Shown here piece by piece: positions 25,507-37,910 of a DNA stretch of 64,000 bases; the stretch's first letter is position 1; each line of letters opens with the position of its first letter. A program made the position numbers and the translations under genes. Source of the stretch: Mytilus edulis (lineage: Eukaryota); the NCBI RefSeq assembly GCF_963676685.1, contig NC_092345.1:30070001-30134000 (forward strand), in the 5' to 3' direction. The notes below the pieces were generated by a model, which was given only the letters and a program-made list of their open reading frames with translations, was not told the DNA's origin and did not search any database.

Positions 25507-28500
25507 TTAACAACTGCCACTCTGGGTTGTGATTGGTAGTGTTATCCTTGGAATGTCTTTATTATTCCAGTTGCCCTGCAAAACAAAATCTTAACTTTGT
25601 CAACCGACATATCTACACTTATCAGTCTCCAATGTTATTATCCGCTCAGTAGTCGGTGCTTCGGTACCGGCATAATTCAAATTGGAAACCTTTCCTGGGT
25701 TTCGATTATATACTTTATGATTATTAAGAAACTAAGGTTACAACTCCATCAGGCAACGTTGATCTGAGATGGACTTTGGCTATTATTTTAAGTTCCTTTT
25801 CATCATAAAGCTCCATAAGTTGTTATCAAAAAGTCTGTTTCTATATATGTTGGCATTGTTTGTGTTGCAGTTCAGTGTTTCTGTTGTTCCGTTATGCATA
25901 ATGTGTTTCCCTTGGTTGTAGTTTGTAAACCAGATTTGTTTTCTCTAAATCGGTTTATGGCTATTGAACAGCGATATACAACTGTTGCCTTTTTTCTTTA
26001 ACTGTTTTAATTCTTATACATCCTTTGGTTTCAAATATTTGGTTTTGAGCGTTCCAGATGAAGATTAATCCAGAAATGCGCTTCGGACGCATGTATTTAT
26101 AAAGTATTGTTTTTATCTTATGTGGTTTATTCAAGATCAGGATTATGTAATTTCATTTACACATGATTATATTTACCATGTATTTAGACAAAGTGACAAA
26201 TTAATATTAAGGAAGTGAGTGGAAATTTTTCATATTAAGGTAACCTCGCTAATTTGTGTTTCCAACCTTTTTTTGTGTACTAGTATTACAATTTTTTTTT
26301 TGCTACTTTGCATTGTAAGTTGTATGAACGTTTTGACTGTAATTTTGGAGTACAATTTCATCGGCCTTTAAGTGACATTATCTACGTATACCAGATATAA
26401 CAAAAAAATAAAATAGTTTTTTTGGTTTTCAATCATAAATGAGTATGAAATAGTGAAATAATTATTCGCTTTTAGCAGTCGAATTAAAATTGTCAAAATA
26501 GGCAGAGAAATATTGCTGATGAGTAATTCACTTGAAACTGAATAATTCGATATCATTCAATTTGTATTAAAGTGACCTTAAATTTAATCTTTAGCTAGGG
26601 ACGGGTTCCCGTGAATCATGCGTGTTTAGATGTTAAAAGGAAAGGAATATCTACATTGAAAGTAAAACCAGTATAACCCATTTGATTGACTGATTCTATC
26701 CACAAGAACTGATTATTTACATATATTTTAACCTATTATTCCAAATCAAACAGACCTAGAAAAAAACAATTGCACGAGTTCGCTATCTATATATATCTAT
26801 AATAATGTTTATATTGGATGACTGTCAGTAGACTTTGTATGTCACCTCAAGAATTTATTAGATGGCGTCTAGACTAAACTACTCACGAAATGCTGTCCCA
26901 TATTATTGAGCCCGTGCATTGTAAATTGTTTATTTTAGTCGATTTTTTATAATTTGTATATACGATTTAGTATGTTATAAATCAAATTTGAGAATTTGAG
27001 TTGAATCGGCGAACATGAATTTGATAGCTAATGTCCCTTTTTCTAGAACCATTTAACAGAACACTTGCTTTTTTTTAAATTTCACCATCACTCAGTTTCT
27101 AAAAATATCAGATTTACTAACTATCTGTATGCCACGGATTAGTTTGCTGTAAACAATTTCCTTTCTTTAAACATATTTCCTTGATAACTTGAATGTGGTT
27201 TGAATAAACTTTGATAGAGAAGTATGGTATGGTATGGGCTTTTTGCTCATTGTTGAAGACCGTACGGTGACCTATAGTTGCTAATGTCTGTGTCATTTTG
27301 GTCTTTTGTGGATAGTTGTCTCATTGGCAATCATACCACATCTTCTTTTTTATATTTGATAGAGAAGAAACATGGTTTATAAAATTATAAGAAACTGCAC
27401 ATTCAAGTCATAACAAACAAAATGTAAAAGATGTAATTGACAGGTACTCACTGGGAATCTGGTTCCATCTGATCGATTACATTGCATCGATAATGGTGCG
27501 ATATCGTAAAAATTGCTCAACATCTGACTTGCTAGATAAGACCATTTAATGGACTGGTAGTTTTCTGCAATGCTTTTCGTCGATGAGGTGTTATCTTTGT
27601 AACGTCTAAAAATGAAAATTTAATTTTTTATGTTATTTTGAAGAAAAATTCAACAATATTTTCAACTTACTCTTATAGATGCCACAAAGATTCAAATGTT
27701 GTCTGTTATTGACTCGTTATTGTTGTATTGTAAAATTCATTATAGAAACAGGATTAGAATTGTATACGTCACGTCTTTCGTCTATAAAAAATCATCAGAA
27801 ACGCTCGAAAACACAAAGTTAAAAAGGCAAAATAATGTACGAATTCGAAGTTGAAGAGCAACGAGGACCAAAATTTTCAAACGTTTTTGACAAACACAGC
27901 TTAGGTAACCTATTCTTAGAGAAAAAATATCTGTTGTATCTAGAAATTTCTTTTTTAACAGTCATTTCATAATAATGACCAGATCAACACAGAAATTCTG
28001 ACTATTTGGCTGCTTGTACTATCGGGTAGGAAACCTTCCACCAAGCAGTGACATTAACCCATGATTTTAGATATACTCATCAGATACCAGGGTTACAAAG
28101 GTGTATGAGAACTAACTATGATATTATATATCTCACTTATTCATGAATCTAAAGAATGCCCGAAGGGCGTCCGAATCGACAGAACTCTTGCAGACTTCCA
28201 AATCAACTGCTGGATAGTAATGAATGTAGTTTACACACATTTCTTCTTTAATGGAAAAGCCACCCTAAAATACAAAACGTATCGAGCTAAGTTATATTTA
28301 TATTGGTTCTTTGACTATTTTGTGATATTTCTATTACATATTTTTTTCAATGTGACCAAACTATTAAAACAACTTGTTAGACTTTAATTTAAGCATGCAT
28401 ATTCTCATTGTAAAACAAATTATATTTATTAATGTATTAGTTTATTATCAATACGTTCATCGACGTGCCTTTCGGGTTTTTAAAACTGACTGATAATAGG

Positions 28501-31500
28501 TCTACGGATATGACATGTATCCACACAGCATTTTAGACTTTTTGAACTTCTATTGCTTGCTTAAAATAGTAAACATATTTTGTCTGAAGTAATCTTTATT
28601 ATATAAACCTCATCTGATCAGACTTAATAATATCATGAATAATTGGTTATTTCGTGTTCAGTCTTTCAGTATTTCTTGTATTAATCGACTGCCGTAAATG
28701 CAACTCGCTTGCGGTCAATTCAGTAATGTTCGGTAGCTTTTCAGACAATTCAGTATGATGTTGATCTTTACAGGTGAATATCAACTACTGAACAGTTTGA
28801 ACATAGACTGAACATATTTACTCAACTGCAAGCGAATAATCTCAATAAACGGTATGGAATTGACTGCAGTCGTTAGGTCTGAAATTGACTAAAAACTGAA
28901 AATGACTTTATAATATTCTGTTCAGTGTTTTAGATCTGTTTAAATCAAAATGACCGCTTCAGACTAATATTCATTACTAGCGTTGAATACTATGAGGCGT
29001 AGTCTCAAAATTTCATATATTTTTCAACATCAATTTTTATTAGATATCAAGTATAATTATATCTATTTAAGGTCTCCAAGTAACAGAAATTCAGAGAACA
29101 CACACAGTTATGTCAATAAAAGAGAACGATACTTGACTGTCGATTTTGTTAGTAAAATAACCCCAAAAAAACTTACGCTGCATTCATCATTTTTCTCTTT
29201 GGAAAGCTGTTCTAGTATTGCTAAATCGCGCTTAAGGGAAGGGAGTGTCATCCTACTGCATGGTCCGAGGTAATTGTCATTATAAACAAAACATATAGGG
29301 ACAACTTCATATTGAGGGGTTATAAATTCAGTTTGACCGATTAAGCCATACTCATTTTTCACCTTTTTCAACAACCAAATCACTTATTTACCCGTTATAT
29401 TTAATTCCTGTCTCATTTTTTTCAAAGTGTTATGTATAAAAGTGTTAAATCAAAGTTTAATTACTGTGTTCTCGTACTATCAGTATAGTTTTATTAATCT
29501 TATACCGCAATGTATTTGTCATCTAATTGAAATGTCAGTAAATTTCAGACTAGTGTCATTAAAACTGAAGTGTATGTTCATTAAACTTATATTTCAAACA
29601 TTTATTCCAAAAAAAAAGGACTTGTAATTTTATTTTAATTGTAATGCTGATTGATTTTTACCATATTTTACATTTAAAAAGATTGCTTACTAATGTAATG
29701 TTCTCTCTATCAAGTGTACTATCTTCACATGTAGTTATAAGACTGTCTCCCTACAAGACAAAGTAGTATATTATTTTTAGTATATATGATTGACAACAAT
29801 TGTTTTTTTAATGTTTTAAACAGTTTTCGAACTTCATAACTTTAAGACACTTTTTACGTTTCTTATAGTTTCAATTTTTATTAAGCGTTTACGTATGAGC
29901 ATGATACATTTCTCTGGCTAAGAAAGAAACGCATCTCGTACATGTATGCATCAAATCGGTATAACACATCCATCAAACTTTTTGTTTTAAGACAATCACA
30001 GGCTATATGCTTGGGGAAATACAAAATGAACAAAACCGGTTTAGACAAAGCAGACAATTGAACATTACATCAGTCTTCTAATCTGAAAAGTATTTGCAGC
30101 TTTGGTTCAAATACATTACAGTCATATAATTGCTATCATTTCTCCTATTCTTAAGTAAGATGAACGATGTGCTTTTAAAATTATTATAGCTGTCAGTGAC
30201 ATTCGTACATAAAGCAAACATGAAATATTCTTTTCTTTTTTTATTGATTGTAGTTTTATTACTTTATCATCTAATATGATTACACCTACTGGTAAAACAT
30301 CGACCGGTTCTTGAAGTCTTCTTATCTCTTGAAAATGTGGACTATAATGATTGTCTCTATTCAGTTCCGGTAATTCTTTGCCATTTCTGACATGCTTTGT
30401 ATATACACGTTTCCCCGTCATATGCGTGTGCAATTGAGAAGCATATATGTGTATGCCTGCTCTTGGTAACGCCTGCAAAATCAAGAAAAAAAATATCGAT
30501 GGAGAGGCAAAACGTGAAAGGAACTTATATCATTACAAATATGCAAATTACTTTTAAGTATTCAACAAATGTGCTTTTCTATCCTTTTCTTTTTTTTTTT
30601 TTTTTTTTTTATATCCCAGATGAGATACCTAATGATAGTTTTGTTGCAACGCAATTAAGATTAATCAAATTTGTAAAACCAAATTTTTTTATTTTTAAAT
30701 TTTACCTAAATCAAAAGTGGATATGTTACTAGATCTAGGCTTGTTTGTTTTTAAAAAAAAGCTGCTGCTTATTTTATAATTTAATACATGATTCTCACGG
30801 TTCGTGTGCAATCAGGAATACAGTATCCTGTCAGAGAAAACAAGTTCTGGTTTGGAGGAATCGCCATTTTGTTTGTATATTCCAACCCCAGCTCCATTAT
30901 TCCGGAATCATATTTTCTAATTTTACTTGTAACATACAAACGGATGCCAGATGAATCTTTAATATCTGTAAAATATTATAGTAAATTGGGATAAGCAAAA
31001 ATGATGCAAAAAGGATAAACATATTACATGCCAAAACATCTGTTGAAATATTTGCGTTTTGGCAGTATAAAACTGAATGCGAACAGAGAACATCAACATA
31101 TTGGCATAGAGCATTCGGAATTACTAACTGAATAATTTCAAATAATCGAATGTGTCTTCGGTCATGGCAACATACCAAATACATCTTTTTCTGAAAAAAA
31201 GTTACATTTTATCACATTGACTTCTTTCGAGGGGTTAGTGTAGTTTTGCTTAAAACGTTACATTTTTATCACAGTGACTTCTCTCGAGGTGAATATATAA
31301 TACAAGTATCTCTGTAAACAGTGAAACTACATTGTCACTTTTCGATTTGTTTAAGAATGCTCCTAAACTTCTTTCAGTCTTTGAAGCCAGTGCCTCTTGG
31401 ATTTAAGATATGTTAACTGTCATCTATATACTACGTTCATATCTAATAAACCGGATGATGTATACAGACAATAACTGCTGATGATGGTAAAAACGACTAT

Positions 31501-34500
31501 GTCAATTTTAATTTGGTTCCTTGGGGTGATCTTCATAAATTAATTATGATCTAGATAATGAGTTGTTCAAGACAGAACAGTGACAAATGACTACTTTGAA
31601 TTCAGTGAACAATTCTTGCATTCTAAAAAGCTGTAAAATTTCCATTATAGCAGCATCGGATTTCATTTGAATAGCTGAACGTTCCTGTTGAAGCTAGTTT
31701 GTACAACGAAATATTTCGTGAATCTACGTAGAATATATTTTCATTATCACTTATAAGCGTGTTAAAGTTACGTTCTTGGGCTTTTAAACATATATATTGC
31801 ATATTATTGGGAAATTTTATATCTTTTAGAATATTTTCTTTAACAGAAGTGACAATAATGAGGGTCTTTTCAGAAAATCCTTCCAAAACAATTACTAGTA
31901 GTATATTTCATGTCATACATCATTACATGCATGAATAACCTAGTTTCTCATTTTTAACAAAGTCTTATCAAACTGCATCATTTTGCAGCCATTAGCAATG
32001 CATGTGTCTGCATGCAACCATCTTCGTTCTCTTCAATAATGATCGACTGACTATTTGACATATGACCTAAACCTTGGCGATTGGGCTAGCTTAATGGATG
32101 AGGACAAGTCTGTTCTTAATCATAACAGAGGAACTTATTCTATGCTTGTCTTAACTTCAATAGCTGACTGGCGGTATGGGCTTTGCTCACTATTGAAGAC
32201 GGTACAGTGACCTATAATTGTTAATTTTTGTGTCATTTGGTCTCTTGTGAAGAGTCGTATCATTGGCACTCATGCCTCATCTTCTTTTTTTATATTTAGT
32301 ATAGTACTTAGTCTAGCGATGTGAGTAGTCTTGTTATAATTACCTTTGCTCAGCTGTGGATTATTATAATGTACCTCTAGCAGCACAAATCTAGACCAAC
32401 CATCTCCGCCTACTGGCGTTCCAGCTTCCTCTGGTAATGTTACTGACTGTAATATATTATTAAAGTCACAAGTTAAGGGTGCTGAACAAATATTGCTTTT
32501 CTGATACCCAGATGCAAGGAATTATACAATTCAAATGTGCAAATACCTGAATATTTTTATGAGAAAACGAATTAAAGGATTTTACTAGGTGTAAAGAGTA
32601 TGTTTGTATGACGCATATGGAAAAAAAGATGAATTTAAATTATATAAGACAAGTGAAGTTCTTTGATTTGGCATATTTAGCTATTTATATTGGATCGTCA
32701 TGATGGTTTTTGTCTTACCTAGTTCTTATTATCTAATTAAATATATTGAGTAATTAGGGATTCAATGTAAATTACTTTTCTAATATTTTAAGCGAGTCCA
32801 AAATATGCAACACAGCCTGCATTTAGGTTGATAGAATGTGAAAATGAGGGGAACATAGCATAAAGAGTGAACAGGTCGGAAGTGAAAAAGATTAAGAAAA
32901 AAAACCCAGTAATTTCAAAATTATCAAACTGAATCGGATAATAAGACACTTAAGACACATTTCACTTCCATCTTATTGTATAAAACTATTCTTTCGCTTC
33001 GTCAATTTGAATAGGTTCGTTAAATTATTGTTAGTTTAAATCTTTATAGCCATGGATATTTTTTTATTTTGGAATTGATCGCGACCTTTGTGTACTACTA
33101 TCATACTTACTGATGCACCCATTGCCCATGCGCCAATGACTTTACGACAGATTGACAGCCCTGGTGGTTTTCCCTCCGCTAAGCCAGGACCATTATAGGA
33201 TGGAACAACTTCATCTGGTCTGGCTTCACAATGAAATAGTTCCATATGGTGAACAAGATGTTCGTGGCCTTTCTCGATGATTCCTTCATACTACGAGAAC
33301 ACATAGGAAAAATATTTCTATATAATATTATAAAGTCTTGTAATATTTTCACAACTGATAATGATTTCAGATGATCAAATCATGGATACGGAGTTGCATC
33401 TTAGTTACTACATAAAAACTTTTAGAATAAATAGCCGTACATTGTAATGTGCGTGTTATTTCTTCATTTCAGTAAAAAAAAAAGTCTATTTTAACTGAAC
33501 TAGTAAACATTTTTGTTTTGAGGCCAGCTAAAGCCCGACTCCGGTGTGGGATTTTCTCGTTGTGTTGAACACCCATTGGTGACATAAGGCTGTTTTCTGC
33601 ACATTGTTCGGGTTGTTGTCTTTTTGACACAATCTTAATTTCCATTCTCAATTTTATTTTTAAATACAAAATATAAGAAGGTAAGAAGAAACATTTTTGT
33701 TTTCTTGTTATAATTTAAATATACTTCATATTTGTTTTCTTATTCTAATGTTACCTTGATGATATGATGTTTCCGTTTGAAATCTGGTAACTTAGTTAGA
33801 TACCACCAGTAAGTGGTATCAGTTGATGGAACTGTTATCTGTAAAAAAAAATATTGAGACAGGAACTTGACCATTTTTACACATTTGTAACTACCTGGTA
33901 TTTTAAAATTTTAAATTATTTAAGTCCGTCGTTTTTCAGAAATTTTCGTATACCATTTACATGCCTAGATTGATTTCTGTTTCATCAACATTTTTATCAA
34001 TTCTGAAAATTGTCATTAAGAAAGAATTTCTGCAGATTAAGTAGTCAAACTGTTAAAAATTGAAAAAAAAAGCCGGAGCCTTTGTTAGTCTTGTATTATT
34101 TTAATTTTAGTTTCTTGTGTACAATTTGGAAATTAGTATGGCGTTCATTATCACTGGACTAGTATATATAAGTTTAGGGGCCAGCTGAGGGACGCCTCCG
34201 GGTGCGGGAATTTCTCGCTACATTGAAGACCTGTTGGTGACCCTCTGCTGTTGTTTTTTATTTGGTCGGGTTGTTGTCTCTTTGACACATTCCCCATTTC
34301 CATTCTCAATTTTATAATCTATACAATTCTATACATTATAATTCTAGAATTTTTATTTGATACTTTCCAAGGAAATAAAACAGTTCCAATTATTAGATAC
34401 CAAAATGTGTAAGTGCTATTTTAAAAAGTTGCAAAAGAAAATTGAGATTTGGCTTAACTGAACAGTTTGTTGAACTTGATTACGGCAGACCATTGAGTTT

Positions 34501-36762
34501 TGGCGTTACCAGGAAAGTCGGAAATAAACTCATCATAGGTACATGTACCAGGACTAAATTTTATATATATACGCCAGACGCGCGTTTCGTCTACAAAAGA
34601 CTCATCAGTGACGCTCGAATCCAGAAAAGTTTTTAAAAAAAAGTCTAATAAAGTACGACGTTGAGGAGCATTGAGGTCCAAAATTCCTAAAAGTGTTGCC
34701 AAATACATCTAAGGTAATCTATGCCTGAGGTAGAAAAGCCTTAGTATTTCAAAAAAATCCAAATTTTGTAAACAGTTAATTTATAAATATAACAATATCA
34801 ATGATAATTCGTGTCAGCACAAAAAGTGTTGACTACTGGGCTTGTGATACCCTCGGGGAAATAAATCTTCGCCAGTAGTGGCATCGACTCAGTGGTTGTA
34901 AATAAACTCATCATAGATACCAGGACTAAATTTTATATATATTCGCCTACATTGCAAACTTTAATCTTATTTATTAGCTTCATACCTCTTGGTTCGTGAC
35001 GTCAATGACTGTTGTGTCTTTTGGTATGTTCACATCTGGAATATCTGGTTTCAAAATTTGAACTCTCTGTAGGCCTTTCTTATATTGTAAAGTGTTGATA
35101 TGTCTGGGATATTCGTAGCCAGTGAAAAATATTATGTGTGTCGTTCCATTCTGTTGAAACATACAAATTGTTAATCAGATTTTCGAATATTTGAATACAT
35201 TCTATTTTTTATGTGATGAAACTAAATGAGAATTAAATTATATGTTAAATATAGAATTGTAGAACCGGAACATTGATGACTTATTAAAGTGAATCGTGAG
35301 CATTTGTATTTGTTCTTGTTATTCAAGACTGAACAAGGTGATACAAGGTGATACTGCGAATTGTACAACAGTTGAAATAAGTCGAAAGACACGTTTCTTT
35401 ACATGTATTGCGGAATAATAACGACGGTACACCGGATGACGGTCAATTATACAAAATCGCAATCTGTCAAAGAGTCTCAGAGGAGTTACATTAAACAGTG
35501 TCATTCTTGCACTATAGTGAAATAATGATCATATCATAATGACAGTCTTATCTGGTCATTTATTGTATATATGAACAAACAATCATAGCAAGTACGAGAA
35601 CTTTCTGATAAAGAGTGTCAAAAGAGTTTCGTTCAAAAAGTGACAAGCTTTCTCTCAAACGGTCTCTGGAGTATTGATGTGTTTCGCGGGACGGACGTAC
35701 GAACAGAGACCATCACCACCACCCAACATATTCCAACCCCACCCTTGAGGCGTGAGCAAGGTTTTCAAAAATTTTTCAAAATAAAAATGTATAAGAAAAC
35801 AGCTGCACTAGACTTAAACTAGTTTCTATCGCTTATCATTGTTTTCATATGTTTTACCACAGAGTGGGAATAATTTGTATATCGAACGTTCGTGAGATAA
35901 CCCGCGTTTTATTTTAACTCTTCCACTACCCATTAAACTTACGTCTAGTTTGTAATCGTCCTCGTCACATGTATCAAACTTTCTTATGAATTCTAGCGTA
36001 AACCTGTTATATTTCAACTTTTCAGTAAGTGTCCGCACGTAGTTTTGGTTTTGGTCAATGTGTATATATCCTCTATTGTTTGTATGGACGTCCTAAATTG
36101 AAAAGGCATTAATAAAAATAAAGATTTTTTTTTACAAAATTAACTAAAAATACTATTTTGATTTATAAGTGAATGAATGGAGTACAAGTTGACCATCAAG
36201 ACTCACTACTTACAGTTTTGTATTAAACAATCATACAATTTTCACACGATTCTTTAATTTTAATTGGCCGAGACAGTCCAATAGTATATTTAATTTCCGT
36301 GTAAAATTCAACATCTACTAATGACTGTACGTGTACGTGACAAAGTCAAAACAATGTTTAAAAAACAAGAGAAAGCCTTAGTTTATGTAACTCTTAATTT
36401 AATGGTTGTTGCATATATTCTTTTCCATCTGACTTTCAATTCATCAATCGTTTGTGAATAAATTATTCATACTATCTAAAGGATGAACTTACTTTGAACA
36501 TTTTATTACCAAATAAGTCCTTCCAAAACAAAACTAAATCAGCATTTTCACATTCACCATAATCAGAAAACCCGAACGCTAACCATTCGTTTGGTCGCAG
36601 TTTTCCTTGTATCCGAAATTTCACTAGTTCGTCGGCATAATTCACATTCCATTGTAGGTTGAGCGATTTGTCCTTACTAAGAATTGTTTCATATTTAAAA
36701 TGTTCGGCAAAAGTTATTATATAAAAGGAAAATACAGAACACACAAATGCAATAGAATTCAT
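25507..36762 (-). CDS. DBH: Dopamine/tyramine beta-hydroxylase (DOMON + copper type II monooxygenase domains), 12 coding exons, ~570 aa
   Basis: Exons 36493-36762, 35943-36092, 34986-35150, 33755-33838, 33111-33290, 32344-32446, 30799-30965, 30290-30472, 29691-29750, 28137-28264, 27452-27605 and 25507-25575 (1713 nt, phases consistent). Signal peptide, DOMON (WLAFGFS..ADLV), CuH ligands LVHHM and EVHYNNP, CuM ligands QLHTH and EEMC. Confidence 0.95.
25630..26115 (+). mobile_element. Degenerate retrozyme-related repeat of a different family, with a hammerhead-like remnant
   Basis: ~26045-26092 'ttgagcgttccagatgaagattaatccagaaatgcgcttcggacgca'; related remnant near 50713-50750. Confidence 0.4.
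27230..27355 (-). repeat. Abundant SINE-like repeat ('aagaagatgtggtatgattgccaatgagacaac' family)
   Basis: Further copies at ~14800-14885, 32170-32295, 41730-41900, 50440-50550, 51630-51700, 52445-52650, 53560-53670, 59155-59230 and 62755-62990. Confidence 0.8.
27731..28093 (-). mobile_element. Degenerate full-length retrozyme-like monomer in a DBH intron
   Basis: Colinear with 34522-34947; CUGAUGA and GAAA are retained but stems II and III are eroded. Confidence 0.65.
34522..34947 (-). mobile_element. Full-length retrozyme-like element: ~378-nt monomer plus ~45-nt terminal redundancy
   Basis: Direct repeat 'aaataaactcatcatag..accaggactaaattttatatatat..cgcc' at 34522 and 34900; non-coding; carries an intact hammerhead core. 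Confidence 0.8.
34570..34618 (-). ncRNA. Type I hammerhead ribozyme core in sense orientation in DBH intron 3
   Basis: Same core sequence as 12402-12450. Confidence 0.75.
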
Positions 36763-37910
36763 TTTGCTGCTCTTTGAATCAGTACGTGCAATTCGTATGC
36801 CAGTTACGAACGTAGACTATATTTCTTCATTTATATGTTCCTTAAAGTTTCTTATTGAGAAAGGCTCAAAGAGCTGAGTAATTCTACCTCGATTTTTTTT
36901 AATTAAATGAACTTTGGCGCATTTTCTTATCTGTAATATGTGTAGGTCGTAAATAAATTATTCATGCCCTTTTTAGACGCCAGAGGTATCAAATAATCAC
37001 CATATTAAGTTAAATCAAATCTTAAATTAGATTCTTAATTACTATTCTTTAGTGTAAATTAAAGGTCCATCAATTAGAAAAAATATTTTAATCTTGTTAT
37101 TCTTGTCCAATTTCATTTCATGCAAAGAAATGAAGACGTACATTTCTCGTTGGTCATTACTCTCTCCCAGACAATGGAACCGAGGCTTGACAGGTGCTTC
37201 CCAAATTGATTCCGGATATTGAATGAGTGTTGACAAGATGAATATTTCTTTATTTCTTTATTCAGTTAAAGATAGCTCTGAATTAATTTGTAGTTATTGA
37301 TGCAATGTTTTGTTGTCGAAAATTTAATCAAGTGTTTACAAAAAAATGAGTTTCGTGACACGTTTTCCCTCAATTACCGCTTAAGTAATTGATGACATTT
37401 GATTTCTTGTATATTGCTGTATTTGTTGATTTTCGTGTATTACGCATTCATTACATGCTTTCTGGCATGTTAAACTTATTAGGATTGGTCTGGAACTATA
37501 TTTGATAGACACATTTAGAAAGAACATTCTGTGAGTCGAACTTCTGCGTCCTTTTCAGTATTTTATTGCACCGTAAGAGTAAAAAAAAAATAGAAGGAAC
37601 AACTTTGTCAAATAATGCACTGCAGCAATGACTAAATATAGTACCAAAATGTTTTGTTAAAGACCAGACAGGTGCAGTTATTCGAAAATCAAAGGCATAT
37701 TCATATTTGTTCAAAAATCAACGGCTTCGGAAAGAAAGAAATAAAATACCAGCACGTGAATCAAAACGATACCGGTTGTTAACACAATTAATTAAGTTTA
37801 AGTCTAGTACCCATAAAAATGTGAACAAATTTTCAGTAAATCTTTCAAAGATATTATATAATACTACTGGAAATGGCAAAGCATTAAAAACAAGGAAAAC
37901 AGATTGAAAA

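Noticed and set aside
31300-32040. Possible decayed LINE 3' end in a DBH intron (also 29020-29520)
   Set aside because: Only vague similarity by eye, with no diagnostic motif.
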